Assembly: GCA_028716385.1 (NCBI GenBank)
Contig: JAQUPX010000007.1
Location: forward strand, 17,017 to 81,016
DNA length: 64,000 nucleotides
Reading direction: 5' to 3'
Source of the DNA: a bacterium
GTDB taxonomy: Bacteria; Hydrothermota; UBA3073; JACQXS01; JAQTXJ01
Positions 19,315 through 28,865 of this stretch are shown piece after piece; the stretch's first letter is position 1; every line of letters starts with the position of its first letter. Position numbers and translations under genes: made by a program. A model generated the notes under the pieces. The model saw only the letters and a list, made by a program, of their open reading frames with translations, was not told the origin of the DNA and made no database searches.

Positions 19315-20343
19315 ATGAAAAACATATTACATATTCACTGCGGAGATTGCTCTGCAGATACTCTCAAGAAAAGCACATTAAAAGACGACATTATCGTTTG
19401 GTGTGATATTCTTTCAGACGGGCCTACTCCGTCAGGATTGTCCACCCAAAAATGGCTCGATATCCGTTCTAAACACATTTCTAAAACAACGGAACAAAAA
19501 CTGCCGGTTAAAAAAGTTAGAGGCTGGCTCTCAAAACAAGATAAATCTTTGGAAAATTTTCGTAATTATAAAGAAGTCGTTCTATGGTTTGATGCCTGCT
19601 TGTTTGACCAGACAATCCTTATCCGTCAACTTGATTGGTTCTCTAAACAGAATATGGGGAAAACAAAACTAAGCCTTATCTGCATAGACGAGTTTCCCGG
19701 GTTTAAAAAATTCATAGGATTGGGAGAACTAAATCCCAAACAAATGGCTTCTCTTTTTAAGACACGACATCCCGTAACAAAAAAAGAATGCGCCCTCGCA
19801 CAAAAAGCCTGGTCGGCTTTTTGTTCGCCGACTCCAATGACAATCCAACAACTTATTAAAAAAAATACATCCGCACTGCCATTCCTTCACGATGCTTTAA
19901 TCCGTCATTCTGAGCAATTTCCATCATTAAAAAACGGATTGAATAGACTAGAAAATACCGCTCTTGAAGCCGTTGCTAAGGGAAAGAATAAACTTATAGA
20001 TATTTTCATTTACGCTTCACTAAAAGAAGAACGGCCTTTCTGGGGAGATACTACTTTGTGGGAATGTCTTCATAAACTTTCAAAAGCAAAACATCCTTTA
20101 CTAAAAGTAAAAGGCGGAAATCTGCCTTTATGGAATCCTCCGAAAGACTTAAGCAAATGGGAAGTTTACATCACGGATACCGGGAAAGAAATCTTAAGCG
20201 GGAAAAAAGATTTCATAAAAATCAACGGCATTGATAAATGGCTCGGCGGTACCCACATCAACAAAAACAACATCTATAGATGGAACGAAAAAAATAAAAC
20301 CCTCACCGCAGAGTCGCAGAGTTCGCAGAGAATAAACAAATAA
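19315..20343 (+). CDS. DUF1835-like protein (function unknown)
   Basis: N-terminal LHIHCGDCSADTLKKS…IIVWCDILSDGP resembles DUF1835 family starts; the last 13 codons are encoded by the dispersed CGCAGAG element. Confidence 0.5.
   Translation: MKNILHIHCGDCSADTLKKSTLKDDIIVWCDILSDGPTPSGLSTQKWLDIRSKHISKTTEQKLPVKKVRGWLSKQDKSLENFRNYKEVVLWFDACLFDQTILIRQLDWFSKQNMGKTKLSLICIDEFPGFKKFIGLGELNPKQMASLFKTRHPVTKKECALAQKAWSAFCSPTPMTIQQLIKKNTSALPFLHDALIRHSEQFPSLKNGLNRLENTALEAVAKGKNKLIDIFIYASLKEERPFWGDTTLWECLHKLSKAKHPLLKVKGGNLPLWNPPKDLSKWEVYITDTGKEILSGKKDFIKINGIDKWLGGTHINKNNIYRWNEKNKTLTAESQSSQRINK
20303..20337 (+). repeat. triple-CGCAGAG element (CTCACCGCAGAGTCGCAGAGTTCGCAGAGAA), in-frame at a gene 3-prime end
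   Basis: Encodes …LTAESQSSQRINK of the DUF1835-like gene; other copies at 1014-1044 (reverse complement), 22094-22125, 36465-36500 (reverse complement), 44660-44692, 48643-48680 and 57780-57808. Confidence 0.8.
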
Positions 20344-20492
20344 AAAACAAATAAGATTTAGATTTAACAGAGCGAGAGAATTTAATTATAAAACCACAAA
20401 ATCCGTGTAAATCCCTGCCTACCGGCAGACAATTCTTTCTGTTGTCTGTTTTTCTGATTCTCTGATATTCTTTCTATTTTTCATTTCATCTG

Positions 20493-20600
20493 CGGAAATC
20501 TATACGAGAATCCTTTTTACTATTCTAGTCCCTAGTTCTTTGTAGGATTTGTTCGTTTGTTTTTTAATCTTCTAATTTCTTATCCTGTTTATCTGCGTTC
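20493..20600. repeat. dispersed repeat (family with copy at 38046-38200)
   Basis: TCTGCGGAAATCTATACGAGAATCC…TTTGTAGGATTTGTTCGTTTGTTTTTTAATCTTCTAATTTCTT…CCTGTTTATCTGCGT. Confidence 0.75.
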
Positions 20601-20815
20601 AATCCCTGCCCGCCAGTCTTTTTGGAGGGTGCGTCCAAAGATTTTCTGTTTTCCGTGTAGTTCTGTGTCAATCTGTGGCTAATAATTTTTCTGTCATTTA
20701 ATTTCTTGCCGGGAATCTCGTAGTTACTATTTTGTGCTTTAGTGTTTTTGTGGCTATAAATTCTCTTTATTCTCTGTTACAATAAGTTACTATGAGTTAC
20801 AGTTTTTTACTTTCT

Positions 20816-21895
20816 TTAGTACGTCCTTCCCTGTATACCTTTAAGTTTAAGTTCAAAGTCCGCCGGGTTGGTCGCCGCCCGCATTGCCGTTTCCAGAGAA
20901 ATCAATCCCTCTTTATAAAGCGCCATCACTGAAGAATCAAAAGATAACATACTATAATACATTTTCCCGTCTTCTATTGCGCCTTGTATAAACTTCGTTT
21001 TCGTCTGGTCAATAATGTACTCTTTTATCAAATCGGTTGCTACCATAACTTCACACGCCGGGACTCTTCCCTGCCCGTCCGCTTTTGGCAATAACCTTAA
21101 CGACATAACTCCGACAAGACTTGCGGCAAGCAGTATCCTTATGTGTTGGTGCTGGTGCGGCGGGAAAAAAGATATGATTCTGTTTATGGTCTCCATAGCA
21201 TTCATAGTATGCAACGTTGAAACTACAAGATGTCCTGTATCCGCCGCTTTTAATGATATGTCCACGGTTTCCACGTCTCGCATTTCTCCCACGAATATGA
21301 CATCCGGGTCCTGCCTGAATATTTGCTTCAAGGCAGTCGCAAAAGATAAAGTGTCAATGCCGACTTCCCTCTGGGATATTATGGATTTCTTTTCTTCAAA
21401 TATGAATTCTATGGGGTCTTCTACCGTTATTATATTTCTTGCTGCGTTCTGGTTGATATATTCGAGCATTGCCGCTATAGTCGTAGACTTACCGCTTCCT
21501 ACCGTCCCTGTGCATAATATTAAACCTCTTGGTTTTAAACTCCACTCCTTTAATATCTTAGGAACGTTTAATTCTTCCAGCCCTTTTATTATCTGTGGAA
21601 CAAACCTCATCGCAAGCGCGGGCATTCCTCTTTCCCTGTAAAGATTAACCCTGAATCTTCCCATTTTTTCCGACGAAATGGCAAAGTCCAATTCTTTTGT
21701 GCTTTCAAAAGTTTTTGATTGCGCATCGCTTAAAATCTGGGACAAAAGGCTATTCATTTCTTCTAACGTAACCGGGGACAGCTCAAGAGGAGTTAATTTG
21801 CCGTCTTTCTTAAATACAGGCGGTGTCCCGACTTTCAAATGTATGTCCGATATTTTTTCATTATATGCATTTTCAAGTAATCTCTTAAAATCCAT
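20816..21895 (-). CDS. pilT: PilT-like type IV pilus retraction / type II secretion family ATPase
   Basis: 359 aa; Walker A GTVGSGKSTT; Asp box and Walker B IFVGEMRD; His box; size and motifs match PilT; no other pilus genes nearby. Confidence 0.85.
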   Translation of the reverse strand: MDFKRLLENAYNEKISDIHLKVGTPPVFKKDGKLTPLELSPVTLEEMNSLLSQILSDAQSKTFESTKELDFAISSEKMGRFRVNLYRERGMPALAMRFVPQIIKGLEELNVPKILKEWSLKPRGLILCTGTVGSGKSTTIAAMLEYINQNAARNIITVEDPIEFIFEEKKSIISQREVGIDTLSFATALKQIFRQDPDVIFVGEMRDVETVDISLKAADTGHLVVSTLHTMNAMETINRIISFFPPHQHQHIRILLAASLVGVMSLRLLPKADGQGRVPACEVMVATDLIKEYIIDQTKTKFIQGAIEDGKMYYSMLSFDSSVMALYKEGLISLETAMRAATNPADFELKLKGIQGRTY

Positions 21896-21960
21896 TTTTG
21901 TTCCTCCTACTTTTTTTACAAAAATTTATATATTATGAATGGTACTTAATTTAGTATTTG

Positions 21961-22089
21961 TCAAATAAAAACTGATAACAGTCTCTAATTTGCCCCTAGC
22001 AAAAGAGACTCTAATCAAATAAAAACTGATAACAGTCTCTAATTTGCCCCTAGCAAAAGAAACTCTAATCAAATAAAAACTGATAACAG
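21961..22089. repeat. perfect tandem repeat, 54-bp unit x ~2.4, each unit containing a ~12-bp bulged hairpin
   Basis: Unit TCAAATAAAAACTGATAACAGTCTCTAATTTGCCCCTAGCAAAAGAGACTCTAA at 21961, 22015 and (partial) 22069; single G/A difference between copies. Confidence 0.9.
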
Positions 22090-22093
22090 AGAA

Positions 22094-22125
22094 CAGAAAT
22101 ATTCACCACAGAGAACGCAGAGAAC
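22094..22125 (+). repeat. triple-CGCAGAG element variant
   Basis: AAATATTCACCACAGAGAACGCAGAGAACAG. Confidence 0.7.
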
Positions 22126-22185
22126 AGAAAGAAAAAAACAAACACGGCAAGTATTTTGTCTTCCGAAGTTAACTATCCCGTTTGA

Positions 22186-23472
22186 TTAGTTTATGGAGAT
22201 GTTTCGTCTTTTAAACGCCGGTATCTTCAAGTTTTCTTTTTCACTCACTCTCTTATCTTCCTTGATTCCACCGGCAATTAAAGTTATTTTTATTTCGTCC
22301 TGTAATTTTTCGTCTATTCTTATTCCAAAAATTATATTCGTATCTCCTTTTATAGACTCTCTTATTATTGAGAATATTTGCTGGAGTTCCTGGTAATCTA
22401 TTTTGTTTCCGCTTGTTATGTTTACAAGTATTCCTGTCGCTTTTTTTATCTGTCTTTCGCTGAGGCTGGAAAAATTCAAGGCTTGTTTGGCAGCCTTAAA
22501 TGCCCTACCTTCACCCATCGCCCTGCCTATACTTATGTTTGTTTCACCCTGCTCGCCTATTATTGAACATACATCCGCGAAATCTATATTAACCAGCCCC
22601 GGGTATAAAATAATTTCAACAAGCTCCTGGATTAGTTGAGCCAAAACTTTGTTGGCTTTTGTAAATAAATTTTCTTTGCTTGTTTCCGGAGAAGGAAACC
22701 TTATGTCAGACATATTGTCTTTCTTAACTGCCTTATCTATAGAAGAATCAAGTATATTTATTGAAGAAAAAAGTTTGTTATTTGGTATGGTAATCAAAGC
22801 ATCCGTGCATCTTCTCAACTTATGAATGCCTTCGTTTGCCTGTTGCGTCCTGATACTGCCCTCAAAATAAAAAGGAGTAGTTACTATTCCAATCACAAAA
22901 GCCTCTTCTTCTTTAGCTATTTGTGCAATTATAGGCGAGGCACCCGTCCCCGTCCCACCACCCATTCCACATACCACAAAAACAACGTTCCTTTCGGTAT
23001 AAGCATTATTCTGTCGCTCCGGACTCTGCCCCATGCTTTGCTCCGGACTTCGTATAACCTGTTTATTTGTATTAGCCGGGTTTACGCTGGTTGCCCTAAA
23101 GGGACCTGTGACGGTTGGAAACCTTAAGACTTCTTTTACGTCTTCATAATTCTCTTCCATAGCCTTTTTCCCGATATCCGGTTTACCACCCGACCCAAGT
23201 CCATTCGTAAGCTTTATTCCTATTTGAACTTTATACATCGTCTTGGAAGTATTGAGGTCCTGCTTATCCGTATTTATTGTAACAAAATTGACCTCAGGCA
23301 TATTATGAAAATTAGTTCCTTTCATCATCAGGTTGACGGTTTTACAACCTGTCCCGCCAATCCCAACAATCTTGATTCTACAATTATTACTAATTTCCGG
23401 ATGCACGGAAGGTTTCTCTATAAATAACTCTTCCTGGTTCTTAACCGGTAAATCCGCTAGCTTAAATCTCAT
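22186..23472 (-). CDS. ftsZ: cell division GTPase FtsZ (with a ~45-aa internal insertion)
   Basis: GGGTGTG tubulin signature ([15 protein letters not shown]), NGLGSGG, C-terminal conserved tail IPAFKRR; an extra segment RFPTVTGPF…NNAYTER lies before the GGGTGTG loop. Confidence 0.95.
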   Translation of the reverse strand: MRFKLADLPVKNQEELFIEKPSVHPEISNNCRIKIVGIGGTGCKTVNLMMKGTNFHNMPEVNFVTINTDKQDLNTSKTMYKVQIGIKLTNGLGSGGKPDIGKKAMEENYEDVKEVLRFPTVTGPFRATSVNPANTNKQVIRSPEQSMGQSPERQNNAYTERNVVFVVCGMGGGTGTGASPIIAQIAKEEEAFVIGIVTTPFYFEGSIRTQQANEGIHKLRRCTDALITIPNNKLFSSINILDSSIDKAVKKDNMSDIRFPSPETSKENLFTKANKVLAQLIQELVEIILYPGLVNIDFADVCSIIGEQGETNISIGRAMGEGRAFKAAKQALNFSSLSERQIKKATGILVNITSGNKIDYQELQQIFSIIRESIKGDTNIIFGIRIDEKLQDEIKITLIAGGIKEDKRVSEKENLKIPAFKRRNISIN

Positions 23473-23505
23473 TTTATTAGTTTGTTATCACTTATCTTAT
23501 TTCTA

Positions 23506-24897
23506 TTATTCGACTAACCATTTTCTCATTTTTGAACCTGTTTTACTGAACCAATTTTCTCTTTCAATTGTCCCCATTCTTTTTTCTTTAGTGTTTGTAC
23601 TTTTATATTGCATTCCATACAACAAAAGCCCAACTGCCGATACACAAGACGGGTCTTTTAATGGTTCGGGTAATCCCTGTATACTATTGGGTAACCCAAT
23701 TCTTGTCGGCATTTCAAAAATTCGTTGCGCTAATCCTTCTATGCCCGGCATTTTAGCCGTTCCCCCCATAATTATAATTCCGGAAGGCATAAAATCTAAA
23801 TCCTCATTTCCGGCTTGATAATTATTTTCCGATATCGTTTTTATTCTCCTGTTAATAGAACTGAATATCTCTTCTACCCTTGGCGCAATAATTCCAACAA
23901 GTACCTTTCTTTCTATTGTCTTTTCTTGTTTTGGCGATCCCGTCTGTTTATTATCAAGGTAAGATTTCAATCCTGCAGAACCTGTAGATGTCGGGAAAGG
24001 TGCTCCAAGAATTTTTGAACTCCCCCCTAAACTTATTATTTCATTAGGAGTCATCTCCGAGCGCGCAATTCCATATTTTATTTTCAACTCTTCTGCTTCT
24101 CTCTTGGATATTCCAAGACCAATCGCTATATCACTTGTTATATAACTTCCGCCAATATCCAGACTGAAAATTTCTTTTACTTTCCCATCCGAAAATATCC
24201 CTACTTCCGTTGTTTCTTCCCCAATATCTATTAATATATGTCCAAGTGCCCGGTCCCCGGGCTCCAATACTGCATAAAAATTGGCAATAGACTGGAGAAC
24301 TATTTCTCTTACTCCAACTTTTGCGCGCTCTGCAGACTTATAAACATTTTGCACTCCCATACTTGACCCGCTGACAATATATATCTCCGCTTCTAATCTA
24401 TTCCCGGTCATCCCTATCGGATTTCTTATCCCGGACTGCTCATCTATTATAAACCTCTGGGGAATACTATATATAATCTGCCTGCCGGGAGAACTTTTAA
24501 TTGCTTTTGCCTGGTCTATTACTTCATTTACTGCCTTGCTTGTAATCTCCTTTTCTACACCTGATATAGGTATTACACCTCTTACTTTTTCACCCTTTAT
24601 ATGAGTTCCCCCTATACCAATAAACAATTCGTTTAATTTAACTCCTGCTTTTTTTTCTGCTTCCGCTACTACTGTTTTCATCGCTGATGCCATACTTTCA
24701 AGGTCTACAATCAATCCGTTATTTAAAGAGGTGGTTTCCGTTGTCGCATCTCCTATAAGTTCTAGAGTTTCCGAATCTCCCGGGTAAGCAGGTGCTTTTG
24801 CATTTTCGGAATTTTCGCTCGGAATCGGTCTTTTTGCTACTAAACAGGTAATTTTAGAGCCTCCTAAATCAATACCTGCAATTAATTCTTCCTTCAT
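23506..24897 (-). CDS. ftsA: cell division protein FtsA (actin-like ATPase)
   Basis: N-terminal GIDLGGSKI, later DIGGGTT-like DIGEETTEV and GGTAKMPGI motifs; sits directly upstream of ftsZ. Confidence 0.9.
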   Translation of the reverse strand: MKEELIAGIDLGGSKITCLVAKRPIPSENSENAKAPAYPGDSETLELIGDATTETTSLNNGLIVDLESMASAMKTVVAEAEKKAGVKLNELFIGIGGTHIKGEKVRGVIPISGVEKEITSKAVNEVIDQAKAIKSSPGRQIIYSIPQRFIIDEQSGIRNPIGMTGNRLEAEIYIVSGSSMGVQNVYKSAERAKVGVREIVLQSIANFYAVLEPGDRALGHILIDIGEETTEVGIFSDGKVKEIFSLDIGGSYITSDIAIGLGISKREAEELKIKYGIARSEMTPNEIISLGGSSKILGAPFPTSTGSAGLKSYLDNKQTGSPKQEKTIERKVLVGIIAPRVEEIFSSINRRIKTISENNYQAGNEDLDFMPSGIIIMGGTAKMPGIEGLAQRIFEMPTRIGLPNSIQGLPEPLKDPSCVSAVGLLLYGMQYKSTNTKEKRMGTIERENWFSKTGSKMRKWLVE

Positions 24898-24938
24898 TTC
24901 ACCTCTCTAAACTTCTTTTAGTTTTTCATTCCACATTT

Positions 24939-26354
24939 TTACTTAATCAGTTCCGGATTATTAACTAATTCTTCGCCGAATTTATATATGTCGCCTGCGC
25001 CCACCGTAAACAGCGTATCTCCTTTTTTTAGATTTTTCTTGCACCATTTTAACAAATCGTCCTTACTTTTCATATAATACATATTTGAAAATCCATATTC
25101 TTTTCCTGCATTTATAATGAGTTCGCTTGTTATTCCTTCAACGGGTTTTTCTCTTGCCGGGTATATTGGCATTATTGCAACCAGGTCTGCATCCTTGAAA
25201 CTTTGTCCAAATCTATCCGCCAATTTCTGTGTCCTTGAAAACAGATGTGGCTGGAATATTACAATAACCCTTGAATCAAAAGTCTTTCGTGCCGCCGCCA
25301 ATGTTGTTTGTATTTCTGCAGGATGATGGGCATAATCATCCATTATGGTAATTCCATTTGCTTTTCCCTTGAATTCAAATCTTCTCATAGGACATGCAAA
25401 TTCTGCCACCGCCTCTTTAATTTTTGCCATCGGAATTTCCAACTCCATACCGACTGCAATTGCTCCGCAAGCATTTACTATATTGTGAAGCCCCGGCATA
25501 AAAAGAGTAAATTCTTCAGGAACGTTACCGTTATACTGAATCGTAAATTTCGAAGGAGACATCTTGAATTCCTTTACCATATCAGGACCAACTGCATTTC
25601 CAAGTTGATATTGTTTTATTTTTATATTAGCTTCCTGATTAAATCCGTAACTCACATATCTTTTCTTTATTTTTGAAAGTATCAGGTTTACGTTTATATC
25701 GTCTTTACATATAATATTGCACCCGTAAAAAGGCACTAAATTCGCGAACTTTATGAATATCTTCCTTATTTCATCCATATCCTTATAATTATCAAGGTGG
25801 TCTGCATCAATATTTGTTATAACGTTTATAACGGGCGTAAGTTTAAGAAATAATTTATCACTTTCATCCGCTTCACATACGAGGAATTTTCCCTGTTTAC
25901 TTAGCCTGACATTTGCGCCTATGGCTTTTAATTTCCCGCCTACGACTATAGTCGGGTCAAATCCTGCCACTTCAAGTATTTTTCCCACCATTGAAGTCGT
26001 CGTTGTTTTCCCGTGCGTCCCGGCAATGGCAATCCCTTCTTTCATTCTCATAAGTTCCGCAAGAATTTCTATCCTCGGTATACACGGGATCCTTTTCCTT
26101 CGCGCTGCTCGCACTTCCGGGTTGTTATATTTTATTGCCGAAGAATAGACCACTACGTCTGCCCCTTTTACGTTTTCTTTGTTATGTCCTTCAAAAATCT
26201 TAATCCCTATATTCGATAAACGCTCTGTTACTGCTGAAGTTGAATTATCGGAACCCGTTATCTCATAACCTTCATAATTCAATAATTCAGATATCCCACT
26301 CATTCCGGCTCCGCCGATCCCTACAAAATGTATACGTTTGATATGCCTAAACAT
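24939..26354 (-). CDS. murC: UDP-N-acetylmuramate--L-alanine ligase MurC
   Basis: IHFVGIGGAGMSG and GIAGTHGKTTT motifs; start placed at ATG 26354 (MFRHIKRIHFVGIGG) with GGAGG 7 nt upstream; the ORF-track start 26384 lies inside the tandem repeat. Confidence 0.9.
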   Translation of the reverse strand: MFRHIKRIHFVGIGGAGMSGISELLNYEGYEITGSDNSTSAVTERLSNIGIKIFEGHNKENVKGADVVVYSSAIKYNNPEVRAARRKRIPCIPRIEILAELMRMKEGIAIAGTHGKTTTTSMVGKILEVAGFDPTIVVGGKLKAIGANVRLSKQGKFLVCEADESDKLFLKLTPVINVITNIDADHLDNYKDMDEIRKIFIKFANLVPFYGCNIICKDDINVNLILSKIKKRYVSYGFNQEANIKIKQYQLGNAVGPDMVKEFKMSPSKFTIQYNGNVPEEFTLFMPGLHNIVNACGAIAVGMELEIPMAKIKEAVAEFACPMRRFEFKGKANGITIMDDYAHHPAEIQTTLAAARKTFDSRVIVIFQPHLFSRTQKLADRFGQSFKDADLVAIMPIYPAREKPVEGITSELIINAGKEYGFSNMYYMKSKDDLLKWCKKNLKKGDTLFTVGAGDIYKFGEELVNNPELIK

Positions 26355-26370
26355 AGGAGACCTCCCTGGT

Positions 26371-26575
26371 TTGTGCAATCTCAATTATTCTATTTGCCAT
26401 TAATTTTGTATAGAAGTTCTTGTTTGTTCTTTAGAACTTCTTATAAAATTGTTTCCTTGTGCAATCTCAATTATTCTATTTGCCATTAATTTTGTATAGA
26501 AGTTCTTGTTTGTTCTTTAGAACTTCTTATAAAATTGTTTCCTTGTGCAATCTCAATTATTCTATTTGCTATCAA
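26371..26575. repeat. perfect tandem duplication, 86-bp unit x ~2.4, spanning the murG 3-prime end and the murG-murC intergenic region
   Basis: TTGTGCAATCTCAATTATTCTATTTGC… recurs at 26371, 26457 and 26543; each unit contains the palindrome AGAAGTTCT-N12-AGAACTTCT. Confidence 0.9.
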
Positions 26576-27619
26576 TTTTGCCGCATTACTTGCTTTCTCT
26601 GGCTTTTGCACGTTTGTTTTTTTATGTTTTTCCAGAATATATGTTTTTATTTCTTGCGCAAGTTTTTCAGGCGTAAGTTTTGATTCAGGTATTATCCTTG
26701 CAAATCCACGTTTTTCGAGCAGTTTTGCGTTTTTCATCTGGTGCTGTTGGGTTGCATATGGATATGGTATCAGTATTGCCGGGATACCTGTTGCCATTAT
26801 TTCACCAATAGTTAATGCGCCCGAGCGCGAAATCAGAATATCCGAATTCCCATAAACGCTTCCCATATCATTAATAAAATTTGATATATACACGTTGTCC
26901 GATTTTCCTTCAGTGTTAGCAGTTCCTGTTTGCCATATAAATTGAAATTCTTTTCCCAGGAGTTCGATAGTTTTAGGCATAACTTTATTTATAGCCTGCG
27001 CTCCTCTTGATCCTCCGAAAACGAAAACCGTAATTTTGTTTTCTTTCAGACCGAAATCTTTTATATTTTTCGTACACATAGTAATTTCTTTTCTAACGGG
27101 AAAGCCTCCAATATGAACTTTTTTTGAAGGCAGGTGGTCTTTTGCGCAAGGAAAAGCCGCCCATATTTCGTATGCAAAGTTTGATAATACTTTTGTCGTA
27201 AGTCCCGGGATAGAGTCTATTTCACTGATTATCGTGGGAATCCCCAGCAGGGAAGCCATAAACACACAATTAAACGAACCAAACCCTCCTGTCCCTATTA
27301 CCCCGTCCGGTTTTTCTTCTACTAATATTTTTATCGCCTGAACTAATGCCATTACTAAAAAAATTGGGAACATCAATTTGGCTTTTAATTTTTTCCCGAG
27401 CAATGGTCTTTGTGATGTACTCTTAAAACGGTATTTATCTGATATTATTTTCTTTTCTAACCCGATTTGTGAACCAACCAATAAAACATTTACGTTTCTT
27501 TCTATCAATTCATCTGCTATTGCAAGCGCCGTGCATATATGCCCACCCGTTCCTCCAGTTGCAACTATTATTTTTATTCCTTTCTTATCTTTCATTTTCT
27601 CCATCTTTTTGTTCTTCAT
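26486..27619 (-). CDS. murG: undecaprenyl-PP-MurNAc-pentapeptide UDP-GlcNAc transferase MurG
   Basis: GGTGGH motif (IIVATGGTGGHI) and GT28 C-terminal domain; the last ~20 codons are read from the tandem repeat. Confidence 0.9.
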   Translation of the reverse strand: MKNKKMEKMKDKKGIKIIVATGGTGGHICTALAIADELIERNVNVLLVGSQIGLEKKIISDKYRFKSTSQRPLLGKKLKAKLMFPIFLVMALVQAIKILVEEKPDGVIGTGGFGSFNCVFMASLLGIPTIISEIDSIPGLTTKVLSNFAYEIWAAFPCAKDHLPSKKVHIGGFPVRKEITMCTKNIKDFGLKENKITVFVFGGSRGAQAINKVMPKTIELLGKEFQFIWQTGTANTEGKSDNVYISNFINDMGSVYGNSDILISRSGALTIGEIMATGIPAILIPYPYATQQHQMKNAKLLEKRGFARIIPESKLTPEKLAQEIKTYILEKHKKTNVQKPEKASNAAKLIANRIIEIAQGNNFIRSSKEQTRTSIQN

Positions 27620-28865
27620 TCTTCACTATCATTTCCTGACTATCATCTTTATGAAGACTTATGTTCAAAAGTATCCCGATACTCATTAAGCTTGCCAATA
27701 AATTTGAACCTCCGAACGAGATAAATGGCAGCGGGACACCGGTTGTAGGCAAAATACCGCAAGCCACACATATATGGACCGTTGCTGATATAAACAATAA
27801 AAAACTTATTCCTACCGCCAGAAGCTTTCCCATCTCATCCGGCGAGCCCCATGCAATTGTTACCCCTTTCAGGAATAACAATAAAAACATTATGCACACA
27901 AAAGCCCCCCCTAGCAACCCGGCTTCTTCCGATATTATCGAAAATATGAAATCGGTATGCGGATAAGGCAGAAATAAAAGTTTCGCCTTTCCTTCTCCAA
28001 GGCCTTTTCCCAGAAAACCTCCCGCGCCTATACCATATAACGATTGTTGCAGTTGGTAATTAATGGGTTGCTTTATCTCTCCCGATGCCTTTGTCGTGTC
28101 CTTTCCTTTGCCGGAACCGTTTCTGTTCTCCTCCTGTATCGCCACGTATTTCGTTACTCTCGCTTTTGCGTATGCAAACTTCGGGGAATTCATAAATCCT
28201 ATAACTCCAATACTCCCGAGTAAAACCACCGGTGCCGCTAAATAAATAAGTTTTACGCCACCCATAAAAAGCATTACAAAACACGTCATACATATTACGG
28301 ATAATATTCCAAAAGACGGTTCCAATGCTATCAACCCGCCGACAACCACAAGCACACCAAGCAACGGCAGAAGCGTTTTTTTTACGTCGTTTCTATCTCT
28401 TTTTGACAAAAAATCTGCTATGAATATTATAAGTGCTATCTTTACAAATTCCGATGGTTGGATTGATACCCCTCCTATTTTTATCCATCTATGCACTCCG
28501 TTTATTTTTGGTCCAAATACAAGAACCGCTATAAGAAAACATACGGTTATTCCCAGAAAAACCCATGATATTTTTCCCAATAAATGATAATCCGTTTTTA
28601 ATAATACAATGCATAATATAATTCCAATCAATAATGGTATAAGTTGCTTTCTTAAAAATACCAGGCTGGTTATTTGGTTGTTTTTCCCACCATTTTTAAC
28701 CTGCTCGCTGATAAAAACAAACACCGAACTCGAATATACCATAACTATCCCGACAGCTAGAAGTATTCCAACCATTATAATTATATCACTATTTGCTCTT
28801 CTTATATGCAACATTTTAATCCTTATTCGACTGTTTACAATCACCGCCAAGGCGGGATGTTTCAT
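27585..28865 (-). CDS. ftsW: SEDS-family cell division protein FtsW
   Basis: Polytopic membrane protein with the conserved SEDS loop (…FLPYPHTDFIFS…); position between murD and murG. Confidence 0.9.
   Translation of the reverse strand: MKHPALAVIVNSRIRIKMLHIRRANSDIIIMVGILLAVGIVMVYSSSVFVFISEQVKNGGKNNQITSLVFLRKQLIPLLIGIILCIVLLKTDYHLLGKISWVFLGITVCFLIAVLVFGPKINGVHRWIKIGGVSIQPSEFVKIALIIFIADFLSKRDRNDVKKTLLPLLGVLVVVGGLIALEPSFGILSVICMTCFVMLFMGGVKLIYLAAPVVLLGSIGVIGFMNSPKFAYAKARVTKYVAIQEENRNGSGKGKDTTKASGEIKQPINYQLQQSLYGIGAGGFLGKGLGEGKAKLLFLPYPHTDFIFSIISEEAGLLGGAFVCIMFLLLFLKGVTIAWGSPDEMGKLLAVGISFLLFISATVHICVACGILPTTGVPLPFISFGGSNLLASLMSIGILLNISLHKDDSQEMIVKNEEQKDGENER

Noticed and set aside
26371-26575. 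The 86-bp tandem repeat as a minisatellite-encoded protein domain
   Set aside because: Only the first ~30 nt of each unit derive from coding sequence; the rest is spacer with a palindrome, so it is better explained as a junction duplication.
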